A stretch of DNA of 64,000 nt from an uncultured Acidobacteriota bacterium (GTDB lineage Bacteria > Acidobacteriota > Vicinamibacteria > Vicinamibacterales > 2-12-FULL-66-21), in contig CAVVIH010000008.1 in NCBI GenBank assembly GCA_963748295.1, forward strand, positions 244,438 through 308,437. The letters run 5' to 3'. How positions within the stretch are numbered: the first letter of the stretch is position 1; each line of letters begins with the position of its first letter. A program made the position numbers and the translations under genes. This document shows positions 1 to 9,323 of this stretch, in pieces. The notes beneath the pieces are model-generated. The model worked only from the letters and a program-made list of their open reading frames with translations, searched no databases and was not told the origin of the DNA.

Positions 1-1246
1 TGCGCACGCCGCCGCTCTGGATCTGCGTCGGCGTCGCGCCGGTGAGGATCGCGAGCGCGATGACGATTGCGGCAAGCGGAATGACCGGGCCGAACGGCAC
101 GGTGAAGGTCGCTGGCCTGACGCGTCCCTCGAATCTCGGGCTGCGGAGGCGCAGCGTCGAGGCGCACGTCGCGACGTAGATCACCAGCCGCGTCATCGCG
201 CTGGCCAGCGCCATCGTCACGAACGTGCCGGATAACGCGAGCACGAGCGAGAAGCTGGAGGTCACGAGAATGGCGGTGACCGGGGTCCGGAACACGGGAT
301 GCACGCGGCCGAACACCGCGGGAAGATCGCCCTGCTCGGCGAGCGCGAACAGGTTCCGCGAGCCCGACAGCGCCTGCCCCATGTTGTTGCCGGTCGTCGA
401 GACAACGGTCCCGGCGGTCATCAGCGCGGCGCCTGCCGCCCCGAGGAAGAGCATCGACGCATCCGCCAGCGGCGTCTTCGACTGCGCCAGGCCGGGCAGC
501 GTTCCGAGCGCGACGACCTGGACGAGAACCAGGATCACCGCGACGCTGACGATGGTCATCACCAGCGCGAATGGAACGGCGGTGCGCGGGTCGCGCGCCT
601 CGCCCGCCGGTACGGGCACGACTTCGTAGCCGCCGAACGCGAACACCAGGAGCAGCGTGCTCGCCGCCAGCTGACCGAATTCCGGGACCGCACCCGGGAC
701 GAGCGCCCGGCCGTCGATGTAGAACAACCCGACCAGCACGAAAATGATGAGCGGCGTGAGCTTGCCGATCGTGAACAGGTTCACCACGACGCTGCTCTGT
801 TTGATCCCGCGTATGTTGATCGCGGCAATCGTGGCGATTACCCCGCTGATCAGCAGCGCGCGTCCCCAACCCACGGCCAATGAGGGCACGTAGCGCCCAA
901 GGTACGTCGCCAGCACGTTGATCACGGACGCCCAGCTTGCGACCCGTGTGAACCACAGCAGCCAGCCGACCTGGAAGGCTGCAAAGCGGCCGAACGCGGC
1001 GCGCGTATACAAATACGGTCCGCCCGTCGCGTCGAACCGGCTGCTCACCTCGGCAAACGAAAGCGCGATCAACAGCGACGCGACGCCGACAGCGCCGACG
1101 AGCCAGGGGCTCCAGGCGCCGACACCGGCGGCGAGGGCCGCGGGCGCGGCGAACACCGCGGCGCCGATGACCTGGTTGATGCCGATCGCCGTGAGGTCCC
1201 AGCGACCGAGCTCACGGCGAAGCGCGGGAGCAGCGGTAGGCACCAC
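1..1246 (-). CDS. APC-family amino acid permease (3' end lies outside the window)
   Basis: This gene is absent from the ORF track because it runs off the left edge. My minus-strand translation from GTG at 1246 (or 1243) gives VPTAAPALRRELGRWDLTAIGINQVIGAAVFAAP...FAFGGYEVVPVPAGEARDPRTAVPFAL..., an uninterrupted frame of more than 410 aa with many hydrophobic segments. An in-frame stop lies just upstream at 1256-1258. The + ORFs 225..629 and 299..883 are Arg/Pro-rich antisense artefacts. Confidence 0.8.
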   Translation of the reverse strand, partial: MVPTAAPALRRELGRWDLTAIGINQVIGAAVFAAPAALAAGVGAWSPWLVGAVGVASLLIALSFAEVSSRFDATGGPYLYTRAAFGRFAAFQVGWLLWFTRVASWASVINVLATYLGRYVPSLAVGWGRALLISGVIATIAAINIRGIKQSSVVVNLFTIGKLTPLIIFVLVGLFYIDGRALVPGAVPEFGQLAASTLLLVFAFGGYEVVPVPAGEARDPRTAVPFALVMTIVSVAVILVLVQVVALGTLPGLAQSKTPLADASMLFLGAAGAALMTAGTVVSTTGNNMGQALSGSRNLFALAEQGDLPAVFGRVHPVFRTPVTAILVTSSFSLVLALSGTFVTMALASAMTRLVIYVATCASTLRLRSPRFEGRVRPATFTVPFGPVIPLAAIVIALAILTGATPTQIQSGGVR

Positions 1247-1268
1247 GAGGTTGTATCATGAACATCGA

Positions 1269-2399
1269 ATGCAGGACACCGATGTCGTCGTCAAACCGCG
1301 CGAGGTGATGCCGACGGGGGCAAGGACGCTGCCGGCGGAGTTCTACGTCAGCCGCGAGTACTTCGATCGGGAAATCGACACGATGTTCCGCCGCATGTGG
1401 ATCTGCGCCGGGCGAGAGGAAGAAATCGCCAATTCCGGCCAGTTCGTCATACGCGAGCTTCCCGGCGACAACATCATCGTGACGCGTGATGCGTCGGGCG
1501 CGGTCAGGGCGTTCCACAATACCTGCCGCCATCGTGGGACGCGGCTTTGTACCGAGGCAACCGGCACCTTCGGCGGCAGCATTCAATGCCCGTATCACGC
1601 ATGGACGTACGGGCTCGACGGGCGGCTGCTCGGCGCACCCCACATGGACGACGTGCCGCATTTCAGGAAAGAGGACTATCCGCTTCGCAAGGTGCATGCG
1701 GACACGTGGGACGGGCACGTCTTCCTCAACCTGAGCGAGTCACCGCGGCGGCTCACCGAGCAGCTCGGCGAGCTGGTTCCGAAGTTCAGATCGTGGCGCA
1801 TGGAAGAACTCCGCCTCGGTCACCGGGTCACCTACGACGTCAAGGCGAACTGGAAGCTCGTGATCCAGAACTACAACGAATGCCTGCACTGTCCTAACCT
1901 TCATCCGGCGCTGAACAAGCTCTCGCATTACCTGAGCGGGGAAAACGAGCCGTTGCGGCCGACCTACATGGGTGGCCGGATGGATCTGCGGCCCGGCGTG
2001 GCGACGTTGTCGATGGACGGGACGTGCCCGCGGGAGTTCCTGCCGGGGCTTCCGGACGACGACCGGCGCCGCGTGTATTACTACGCGATCTTCCCGAACA
2101 TGCTCCTCAGCCTGCACCCGGACTACATGATGGTGCACACGCTGTGGCCGATCGCGCCCGATCGCACGATCAACGTGTGCGAGTGGCACTTCCATCCCGA
2201 GGAGCTGCGGCGTCCGGGGTTCGATGCGTCCGACGCGATCGAGTTCTGGGACATGACGAACCGGCAGGACTGGCACGTCTGCGAGCTCTCGCAGCAAGGG
2301 ATCGCGTCAAAGGGTTACCAGCCCGGGCCGTATTCGAATCGCGAAGATCTTCTGTACGCGTTCGACAGAATGATCGTCGCGCTGCACGCGGGTAGTTAG
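1269..2399 (+). CDS. Rieske [2Fe-2S] oxygenase, alpha-subunit type (GbcA/CntA-like)
   Basis: This is the C-terminal 376 aa of ORF 918..2399, starting at ATG 1269 (MQDTDVVVKPREV...). It carries the Rieske motif CRHRGTRLC-x17-CPYHAW followed by a catalytic domain. The first 117 aa of the tracked ORF are low-complexity and lie antisense to the permease. Confidence 0.85.
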   Translation: MQDTDVVVKPREVMPTGARTLPAEFYVSREYFDREIDTMFRRMWICAGREEEIANSGQFVIRELPGDNIIVTRDASGAVRAFHNTCRHRGTRLCTEATGTFGGSIQCPYHAWTYGLDGRLLGAPHMDDVPHFRKEDYPLRKVHADTWDGHVFLNLSESPRRLTEQLGELVPKFRSWRMEELRLGHRVTYDVKANWKLVIQNYNECLHCPNLHPALNKLSHYLSGENEPLRPTYMGGRMDLRPGVATLSMDGTCPREFLPGLPDDDRRRVYYYAIFPNMLLSLHPDYMMVHTLWPIAPDRTINVCEWHFHPEELRRPGFDASDAIEFWDMTNRQDWHVCELSQQGIASKGYQPGPYSNREDLLYAFDRMIVALHAGS

Positions 2400-3595
2400 A
2401 GAGGCGGGGTTGCCATCTTGCGCGGCGGGTTGAAGAACGGCGTCTTCACCACCGTTGCGGTCACGCGGTGGCGCACCGCTTCGACGGTCACCTCGATCTG
2501 AAGCGTCGTGCCGTCGGCGTAATGCGGCCGGTCGACGGTCGCGAGCGCGATCATCTTCTTCAACACCGGCGACCAGGTCGTGGTGGTCGCCTTGCCCACC
2601 TGGCGCGTGCCGCGGTAGACCGGCACCGCGACCCGTGATGCGGTTGCGCCGACTGCCGGCGGCAACCCGACGCGCTCGTAAATCTGCTCGACTTCAGTCC
2701 AGGCGATTTCGAGGCCGACGATCTGGCGCGCGTGCCCGCGGGCGTGCTCCTGCCGCAGCGCCTGCTGGCCGATGAATCGGGCCTTGTCCAGGCTGACGAG
2801 GCGCCCGAGCCCGAGCTCGTACGGGGTGTACTTCTGCGTTCCGATGAGCGCCTTCTTACTGCTGAAGAAATCCACCTCGATCAGGAGGAGCCCGGCCTCG
2901 ACGCGCGCGACATCGAGCGCCAGCATGCCCGCCGCCTTGATGTCGAACGGCCTGCCCCCGGCCATCAGCGCATCCCAGACGCGAACCGCATCGGCGGCCG
3001 GCATCCAGACCTCGTAGCCGAGATCGCCGGTATAGCCGGTGCGCGAGATGTCCACCGGAACGCCGGCGATCGTCGTGCTGGTGACGCGGAAGTACTTCAG
3101 CTTGTCGATGTCGGCGCCCGACACTGCGCGCAGGACGCGCGCGGAGGTGGGGCCCTGCAGCGCGAGCGCCGCGACTTCCTCGGAGATATCGTCGATGGCG
3201 ACGTCGAGGCCCGCCGCGTTCTGGCGGAACCATCGCAGGCTCGGATCCGCGGCGGTCCAGCGGAAGGTGTGGTCCCCCAGCCGCGAAACCGTCCCGTCAT
3301 CGATCACCTTGCCGCGCTCGTCGCACCACGGCGTGTAGTAGACCTGCCCCGCGGTCATCTTCGCCACGTCCCTGGTGATCAACCTGTCGACGAATCGCGC
3401 CGCGTCGCGCCCGGTGATCAGGTACTTGAACAGCGGCGAGACGTCGATGAGCGCGGCGGCGTTCCTGATCGCGTTGTATTCGTGCTCGTGATGGCCTTCG
3501 TACGCGCTGACGGCGTAATAGCCGGACCATTCCCGGTAATTGAGGCTCTCGCACAGCGCGGCGGTGCGATCGTGAACGGCTGTTCCAATGGGCAT
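2396..3595 (-). CDS. Aminomethyltransferase (GcvT/DmdA) family folate-binding protein
   Basis: The 399-aa ORF has family-typical segments (AALIDVSPLFKYLITGRDA, TGYTGDLGYEVW, C-terminal barrel). It converges on the Rieske gene with a 4-nt overlap. Confidence 0.85.
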   Translation of the reverse strand: MPIGTAVHDRTAALCESLNYREWSGYYAVSAYEGHHEHEYNAIRNAAALIDVSPLFKYLITGRDAARFVDRLITRDVAKMTAGQVYYTPWCDERGKVIDDGTVSRLGDHTFRWTAADPSLRWFRQNAAGLDVAIDDISEEVAALALQGPTSARVLRAVSGADIDKLKYFRVTSTTIAGVPVDISRTGYTGDLGYEVWMPAADAVRVWDALMAGGRPFDIKAAGMLALDVARVEAGLLLIEVDFFSSKKALIGTQKYTPYELGLGRLVSLDKARFIGQQALRQEHARGHARQIVGLEIAWTEVEQIYERVGLPPAVGATASRVAVPVYRGTRQVGKATTTTWSPVLKKMIALATVDRPHYADGTTLQIEVTVEAVRHRVTATVVKTPFFNPPRKMATPPL

Positions 3596-3648
3596 GACCG
3601 TCTCATTTCAACGGGGTGTCGCGACGTTGTCAACCCGAATAGGCGTCA

Positions 3649-3721
3649 GATCCGCGTTAATCCGCGTTCCGTGAGATTCGGCGTTAATCCGCGTCCAATG
3701 AGATTCCGCGTAAATCCGCGT
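3649..3721. repeat. Array of RATCCGCGT direct repeats (4 exact and 2 degenerate copies)
   Basis: Exact copies read directly: gatccgcgt 3649-3657, aatccgcgt 3659-3667, 3686-3694 and 3713-3721. Degenerate copies are gattcggcgt 3775-region equivalent at 3675-3684 and gattccgcgt 3702-3711. One more gatccgcgt lies at about 3900-3910, next to the ATG at 3916. The array sits in the divergent intergenic region between the GcvT-like and FAD oxidoreductase genes. Confidence 0.75.
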
Positions 3722-3915
3722 CTCTTGACATCCTCTCCACCACGCCACAAGAATGGACGATCTCCATGCGCCCGACCGCCCATCTCTTCGTGCATGCGCT
3801 CCTGCTCGGGAACCAGACGCGCTCCGCCGGTCTGAGTCGCGCGGCGTAGTCCGCGCCTTTTGCTCTGCAAGCGTTCGACAGTCAACCTTTCGGCATTCGA
3901 GATCCGCGTCCACTG

Positions 3916-5504
3916 ATGGGCCACTACGACGTCATCGTCATCGGCGGAGGCCATAACGGCCTCGTCAACGCCGCCTATCTCGCGCGCGCGGGCCGCAAGG
4001 TGCTCGTGGTCGAGCGGCGGCACGTGCTCGGCGGCGCCGCCGTCACCGAGGAAATCTTCCCCGGCTTCAAGTTCTCCGTGTGCTCGTACGTGGTGTCGCT
4101 GCTGCGCCCTGAAATCATCAGGGAGCTCGACCTGCCGCGGCACGGCCTCGAGATTCTGCCGCTCGACGGCACTTTCACGCCGATGCCGAACGGCGACTAT
4201 CTGTGGCGCGTCAACGATCACGCGAAAACGCGCCGCGAGATCGCGCGGCACTCCAGAGTCGACGCCGAGGCCTACGACGAGTACGGCAAGGCGATGGTCG
4301 AGATGGGCCGGTTCGTCAAGCCGATTCTGAACATGACGCCGCCGGATCCGACCTCGCTCGACCCGCGGGGCCTGAAGGATCTCCTCGTCGCTCGGGCGCC
4401 GCTTCCAGGCGCTGCCGGACGAGGACAAGTACAACCAGATCCAACTGATGACGATGAGCGCCGTCGACTTCCTCGATCAATGGTTCGAGACCGACGTGCT
4501 CAAGGCGACGATGTCGGCGTCGGGGATCATCGGCACGTTCCTCGGCGTCCGCTCGCCCGGCACGGCCTACGTGCTGCTGCATCACTACATGGGTGAGATC
4601 GACGGCGCGTTCCGATCGTGGGGATTGTCGCGGGGCGGCACCGGCGCGATCTCGAACGCGATCGGCGACGCCGCGCGCGAGGCGGGGGCCGAGATCCGCA
4701 CCAAGACCGCGGTGTCCAGGATCATCGTGAAGGACGGCACGGCGGTCGGCGTCGTGCTCGACAACGGCGACTACATCACCGCGAATGTCGTGTCGTCCAG
4801 CGTGGATCCGAACCTGACCTTCATCAAGATGGTCGGCGAGGATCACCTGTCGGACGAGTTCGCCGCCGAAATCCGCCGCTACAAGTTCCGCGGCTCCTCC
4901 GGCAAGGTGAACCTGGCGCTCGACGCTCTTCCGGATTTCAAGGCCCTGCCGGGCCCCGGCGCCCATCTGCGCGGCGCGATCTCGATTTCGCCGAGCGTCG
5001 AGTACATGGAGCGCGCCTACGACGAAGCGAAGTACGGCCGCTACTCGCGCCGGCCGTACATCGACATGGTGATTCCGACCCTGACCGATCCGTCGGTCGC
5101 GCCGCCCGGCAAGCACGTGATGTCCTGCTTCGTGCAGTACGCGCCCTACCACCTGAAAGAGGGCAACTGGGATGATCAGCGGGACGCGTTTGGCGACACG
5201 GTGATCGACACGATCTCGGAGTACGCGCCGAACATCAAGGACATCATCCTCCACCGGCAGGTGCTGACCCCGCTCGACATCGAGCGCGATTTCGGGCTCA
5301 CCGAAGGGAACATCTTCCAGGGAGAGCTGACGCTCGAGCAGCTGTTCTTCCTCAGGCCGGCGCCGGGCTGGGCGCAATACCGGACGCCGGTGCGCAACCT
5401 TTATATGTGCGGATCGGCGACCCATCCGGGAGGCGGCATCATGGGCGCGCCCGGCACGGAACGCCGCGATGCGCATCCTCAAAGAGACCGGGAGCAGGAG
5501 CTAG
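3916..5504 (+). pseudogene. NAD(P)/FAD-dependent oxidoreductase, phytoene-desaturase (CrtI) family; two frameshifts as sequenced
   Basis: The N-terminus is MGHYDVIVIGGGHNGL (GxGxxG). Homology runs from ORF 3916..4596 into ORF 4448..5806 with a shift near 4385-4400 (...GLKDLL / SLGRRFQALPDEDKYNQIQLMTMSAVDFL). It then moves to a third frame near 5452-5460 (GGGIMGAPG / RNAAMRILKETGSRS*), ending at TAG 5502-5504. The paralog's C-terminus GGGVTAGPGQNAAREIIKQLRST supports this reconstruction. Confidence 0.8.
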
Positions 5505-5507
5505 CCG

Positions 5508-7083
5508 ATGCTTCCAGTCGTCATCATCGGCGGAGGCCACAACGGGCTGACTGCCGCCTACTACCTGGCCAAGGCCGGCCACAAGCCGCTCGTCATCGAA
5601 GGCCGCCCGATCGTGGGCGGCGCGGCCGTCACCGAAGAATTTGCGCCCGGCTTCCGCGGTCCGACGCTCGCGCACGCGACGGGACCGCTTCGCGAGTCGG
5701 TCGTCCGCGACATGGGGCTGCGGCGCAGCGTGGAGTTCGTCACGCCCGACACGCGCCTCGTGACGCTGTCCGCCGATGGCCGCGCGCTCGTGTTCTCGAC
5801 AGATGAAGCGCGGACCACCGAAGCGATCCGCGGCTTCTCGGCCGCCGACGCGGCGAAGTATCCGGAATTCCGCGAGACGTTTGCGCGGCTTGGCGGCTTC
5901 CTGTCACACCTTCTCGAGACCACGCCGCCGTCGCTCGACGGCCCCGCCGCGGGCGAGCTCTGGGAACTGTTGAAGGTCGGCCGCCGTTTTCGCGCACTCG
6001 GCAAGAAGGACGGATTCCGTCTGCTTCGATGGATGCCGATGGCGGTGGCCGATCTGGTGGCCGAGTGACTTCGCGGCCGATCCGCTGCAGGCCGCCATCG
6101 CCGCCCGGGGCATCTTCGGAACCGCCCAGGGTCCATGGTCGGCGGGAACCGGCGCCGTGCTCATGATGAACGCCGCGGCCGATCCGGTTCCCGGCGGCAG
6201 CTCGGTGTTCGTCAAAGGCGGTCCCGGCGCGCTGACGGCGGCAATGGCCGACGCCGCACGGCGCGCGGGAGCGGAGATCCGCACGGGGACCGGCGTGTCG
6301 CACATACTCGCGCGCGACGGCAAGGCCACCGGCGTGGTGCTCAGCGATGGAACGGAGATCACCGCGAGAGCCGTCATCTCGAACGTCGACCCGCGTCAGA
6401 CGTTTCTGCGCCTCGTCGATCCGATGGATCTCGATCCGACGTTCCTCACCCGCATTCGCAACTACCGCACGCCAGGCACGAGCTCGAAGATCAACCTCGC
6501 ACTGGGCGCGCTGCCGGTCTTTCCGGCGATCCCGAACCCGGCCGACCTCAGCGGGCGCGTGCAGATCGGATACAGCGTCGACTACATCGAGAAAGCCTTC
6601 GATGCGTCGAAGTACGGGGAAATCCCCGCGGAACCGTATCTGGACGTCACGTTCCCCACGCTTCACGATCCTTCGCTTGCGCCAGCGGGTCAGCACGTGA
6701 TGTCGATCTACGTTCAGTACACGCCGTACAAGCTCACGCCCGGCTACCGGTGGAGCGATCGCCGCTCCGACCTGCTCGGCACCGTCATGCGCGTGCTCGA
6801 ACGGTATGCGCCGGGAATTGCGAACCTGGTCGCGCATCACCAGGTCGTCACCCCGGCGGATCTCGAGGAGACCTTCGGGCTGACCGGCGGACACATCCTG
6901 CACGGTGAACCGTCGCTCGATCAGTTGTTCACGATGCGCCCTGTTCTCGGCTGGGCCCAGTATCGGACGCCGCTGCGCGATCTCTACCTCTGTGGCGCGG
7001 GCACGCATCCAGGCGGAGGCGTCACGGCAGGTCCGGGCCAGAACGCCGCGCGCGAGATCATCAAGCAGCTCAGGTCAACATAG
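5508..7083 (+). pseudogene. NAD(P)/FAD-dependent oxidoreductase, CrtI family (tandem paralog); one frameshift as sequenced
   Basis: ORF 5508..6068 (MLPVVIIGGGHNGL...) continues in ORF 6157..7083. The second frame, read upstream, gives SDFAADPLQAAIAARGIFGTAQGPWSAGTGAVLMMNAAADP, so the shift lies at about 6055-6068. The gene starts 4 nt after the upstream paralog's reconstructed stop. Confidence 0.8.
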
Positions 7084-7096
7084 AGGGTGCCAGCGC

Positions 7097-9229
7097 ATGC
7101 GCATCGCCTTCGCTCTCGCCTCGCTCGCCGCCGCGCTCTCGGCGCTGGCCTTCCAGGGCGCGGGCCCGCAGCTCTCGGGCTTCTCCGCGCGGGGCGCGGC
7201 GACCTACCTGGAGGTCGAGAAGCGGTTCCTCGCGCTGCCTGACGCGGAGCGGATCCGGCAGGCGCACCTCTATCTGGCCGATCAGCCGCACATGGCCGGC
7301 ACACCGCGCGACCGCGAGCTGGCCGAATGGACGCGCGACCAGTTTCAGCAGTACGGGCTCGAGGACGTGCAGATCACGACGCACGAGGTCCTGCTTCCGT
7401 GGCCCGAAGAGATCAGCGTCGAGATGACCGCGCCCAAGGCGTGGCGCGCCGCGATGCGTGAAGAGCCCGTCGCCGGGGATAAGTACTCGCAGATGCCACC
7501 GGCAGCGCTCGGGCTGCCGTATCACGCATACGCGGCGTCCGGTGAAGTGACGGCGCCGGTCGTGTACGTGGGCAGCGGGAATCCGGCCGACTACGATCGC
7601 CTCGCCGCCGAGGGCATCGACGTCAAAGGCAAGATCGCGCTGGTCCGCTATTCGGTGCCCTACAGCTATCGCGGCTTCAAGGCGTTGACCGCGCAGCAGC
7701 GTGGCGTGGCGGGGCTCCTGATTTATTCGGATCCGGCTGACGACGGGTTCGCCAAGGGCAAGGTCTATCCAGAGGGTCCGTGGGGACCTGCGAGCCACAT
7801 CCAGCGCGGCGGGATCGTCTTCGACTTCATGGTGCCCGGCGATCCGCTGACACCTGGCTGGGCATCGCTCCCCGGCGCCCGGCGTATCGCCCGCGACGAG
7901 GCGATCTCGCTGCCGAAGATCATCAGCGCGCCGCTCTCGTACGCCGACGCCCGCGTCATCCTCGAAGCGATGGGCGGACCCGAAGCGCCGAAGGAATGGA
8001 AAGGGGCGCTGCCGATCACCTATCGCATGGGCGGCCAGGCGACGCTGCGCATGCGCGTCCGATCGGACGACGCGATTCGTCCCGTGTGGACGGTAACCGG
8101 AAAGATCACCGGGCGCGACGAGCCGGATCGCGAGGTCATCGTCGGCAACCATCGCGACGCCTGGATTTTCGGCGGCGTCGATCCGTCCAGTGGGTCCGCT
8201 GCGCTGATGGAGCTCGCGCGTACGCTGGGTTCGCTGAAGGCGGGCGGCTGGCGGCCGCGGCGCACCATCGTGTTTGCCAGCTGGGACGCCGAAGAGTTCA
8301 CGTTGACGACGTCGACGGAGTGGGGCGAACAGCACGCGGATGCGCTGCGCGAGCGCGCGGTCGCCTACCTGAACGTCGACAGCGCGGCGTCCGGACCGAA
8401 CTTCACGGCAAGCGCGGTGCCGGCGTTGAACGACGTGCTCGCGCAGACCGCCCAGGCAGTCCGCGATCCGGTGTCGGGAGCGTCGATTGCCGCCGCCGTT
8501 CGCGATCGCCGCACCCGCGAGCGCGGCTCGCTTCCGACCGGCGCGAGCGGCGAGCTGGTCGAAAACCGTCTCGGCAGCGGCTCGGACTACACGGTGTTCC
8601 TGAATCATCTCGGGATCCCGGTGGCGGATCTGTCGTTCGACGGACCGTACGGCGTCTACCACTCGATGTACGACAACCACAACTGGGTGGCGACGATCGG
8701 CGATCCGGGATTCCGTTACCACGTCACGATGGTGCAGTTCTGGGGCGCGCTGGCGATGAGGCTCGCGGAATCCGAGATCGTGCCGCTGGACTATGCGCCT
8801 TATGCGAAGACCATCCTCACCTTCCTCGACGAAATCGAGCGCCGCTGGACGCCGCGCGACCGTGGGCCGCTGAACGACGCCAGGCAGGCGGCGACCGAAC
8901 TTGGCGCCGCCGCCGCGGCGGCAAACGACGCGCGCCGCTCGGCCCTGGAGAACGGGGACGCGGGCCGGATTGCCGCCATCAATCGCGCGTTCATCCAAAC
9001 GGAGCGGGCGTTCCTTCATCCCGCCGGAATCCCGGGTCGTCCCTGGTACCGACATCTGATCTACGCGCCCAAGCACACTTACGCACCAGAGTTGCTGCCC
9101 GGGGTGGCCGAGGCAATCGACGCGCGCGCCGGGGACGAACAGATAACGGCGCAGCTCCGGGCGCTGGCCGCCGCGATCCGGCGCGCTGCCGCCTCACTCG
9201 CGCCCAGTTCAGCCGTTCATCCCCAGTAA
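7097..9229 (+). CDS. M28-family metallopeptidase with PA domain and transferrin-receptor-like dimerisation domain (glutamate carboxypeptidase II-like)
   Basis: An internal ATG at 7097 in ORF 6905..9229 follows GAGGG and gives the signal peptide MRIAFALASLAAALSALAF. The protein has a PA-domain segment (GKIALVRYSVPYSYRGFKA), M28 metal-site segments (NHRDAWIFGGVDPSSG, ASWDAEEF, GSGSDYTVF) and a helical C-terminal domain. Confidence 0.85.
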   Translation: MRIAFALASLAAALSALAFQGAGPQLSGFSARGAATYLEVEKRFLALPDAERIRQAHLYLADQPHMAGTPRDRELAEWTRDQFQQYGLEDVQITTHEVLLPWPEEISVEMTAPKAWRAAMREEPVAGDKYSQMPPAALGLPYHAYAASGEVTAPVVYVGSGNPADYDRLAAEGIDVKGKIALVRYSVPYSYRGFKALTAQQRGVAGLLIYSDPADDGFAKGKVYPEGPWGPASHIQRGGIVFDFMVPGDPLTPGWASLPGARRIARDEAISLPKIISAPLSYADARVILEAMGGPEAPKEWKGALPITYRMGGQATLRMRVRSDDAIRPVWTVTGKITGRDEPDREVIVGNHRDAWIFGGVDPSSGSAALMELARTLGSLKAGGWRPRRTIVFASWDAEEFTLTTSTEWGEQHADALRERAVAYLNVDSAASGPNFTASAVPALNDVLAQTAQAVRDPVSGASIAAAVRDRRTRERGSLPTGASGELVENRLGSGSDYTVFLNHLGIPVADLSFDGPYGVYHSMYDNHNWVATIGDPGFRYHVTMVQFWGALAMRLAESEIVPLDYAPYAKTILTFLDEIERRWTPRDRGPLNDARQAATELGAAAAAANDARRSALENGDAGRIAAINRAFIQTERAFLHPAGIPGRPWYRHLIYAPKHTYAPELLPGVAEAIDARAGDEQITAQLRALAAAIRRAAASLAPSSAVHPQ

Positions 9230-9323
9230 ATCGGCCTCGGCGCCGGCCCGGCGCCGAAACGCATGCGGCAAAAGCGACATATATCCGCAGTAGAATGGCG
9301 GCTTCCCCGGCCGCTGGTGACGA

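Noticed and set aside
3839-3861. Terminator-like hairpin (gcgcgg-cgtagt-ccgcgc followed by cttttg) in the 5' region of the FAD oxidoreductase gene, considered as a riboswitch or attenuator.
   Set aside because: The stem is only 6 bp and the T-run is short. The surrounding roughly 150 nt do not resemble any riboswitch consensus I can recognise (for example, no glycine-riboswitch core). This is not enough evidence to call.
3608-3913. Small ORFs spanning the RATCCGCGT arrays (3608..3913 minus and 59772..60107 plus) whose translations share IRVNPR/RINAE-like peptides.
   Set aside because: The peptide similarity follows from translating the same DNA repeat. The ORFs lack start context and are low-complexity, and the repeats occur in both orientations, so a DNA-level or RNA-level element is the better reading.
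4385-4400. Programmed ribosomal frameshifting as an explanation for the split genes.
   Set aside because: No slippery heptamer or downstream structure recurs at the sites. The shifts go in both directions, sit in unrelated housekeeping genes, and cluster at G/C homopolymers. Sequencing or assembly error is far more likely.
7070-9076. Long antisense or off-frame ORFs opposite confirmed genes. Examples: 7070..9076 (-), 4316..5482 (-), 5740..7008 (-), 10764..11957 (-), 15090..16208 (-), 17560..18765 (-), 29174..31288 (+), 39347..41116 (+), 52185..53720 (-), 53943..55205 (-), 57435..59318 (+), 60193..62268 (+) and 62738..63895 (-).
   Set aside because: Each overlaps a gene with clear family signatures on the other strand or frame. 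Their translations are dominated by Arg, Ala, Pro, Gly and Asp with no motifs, which is the typical high-GC artefact.
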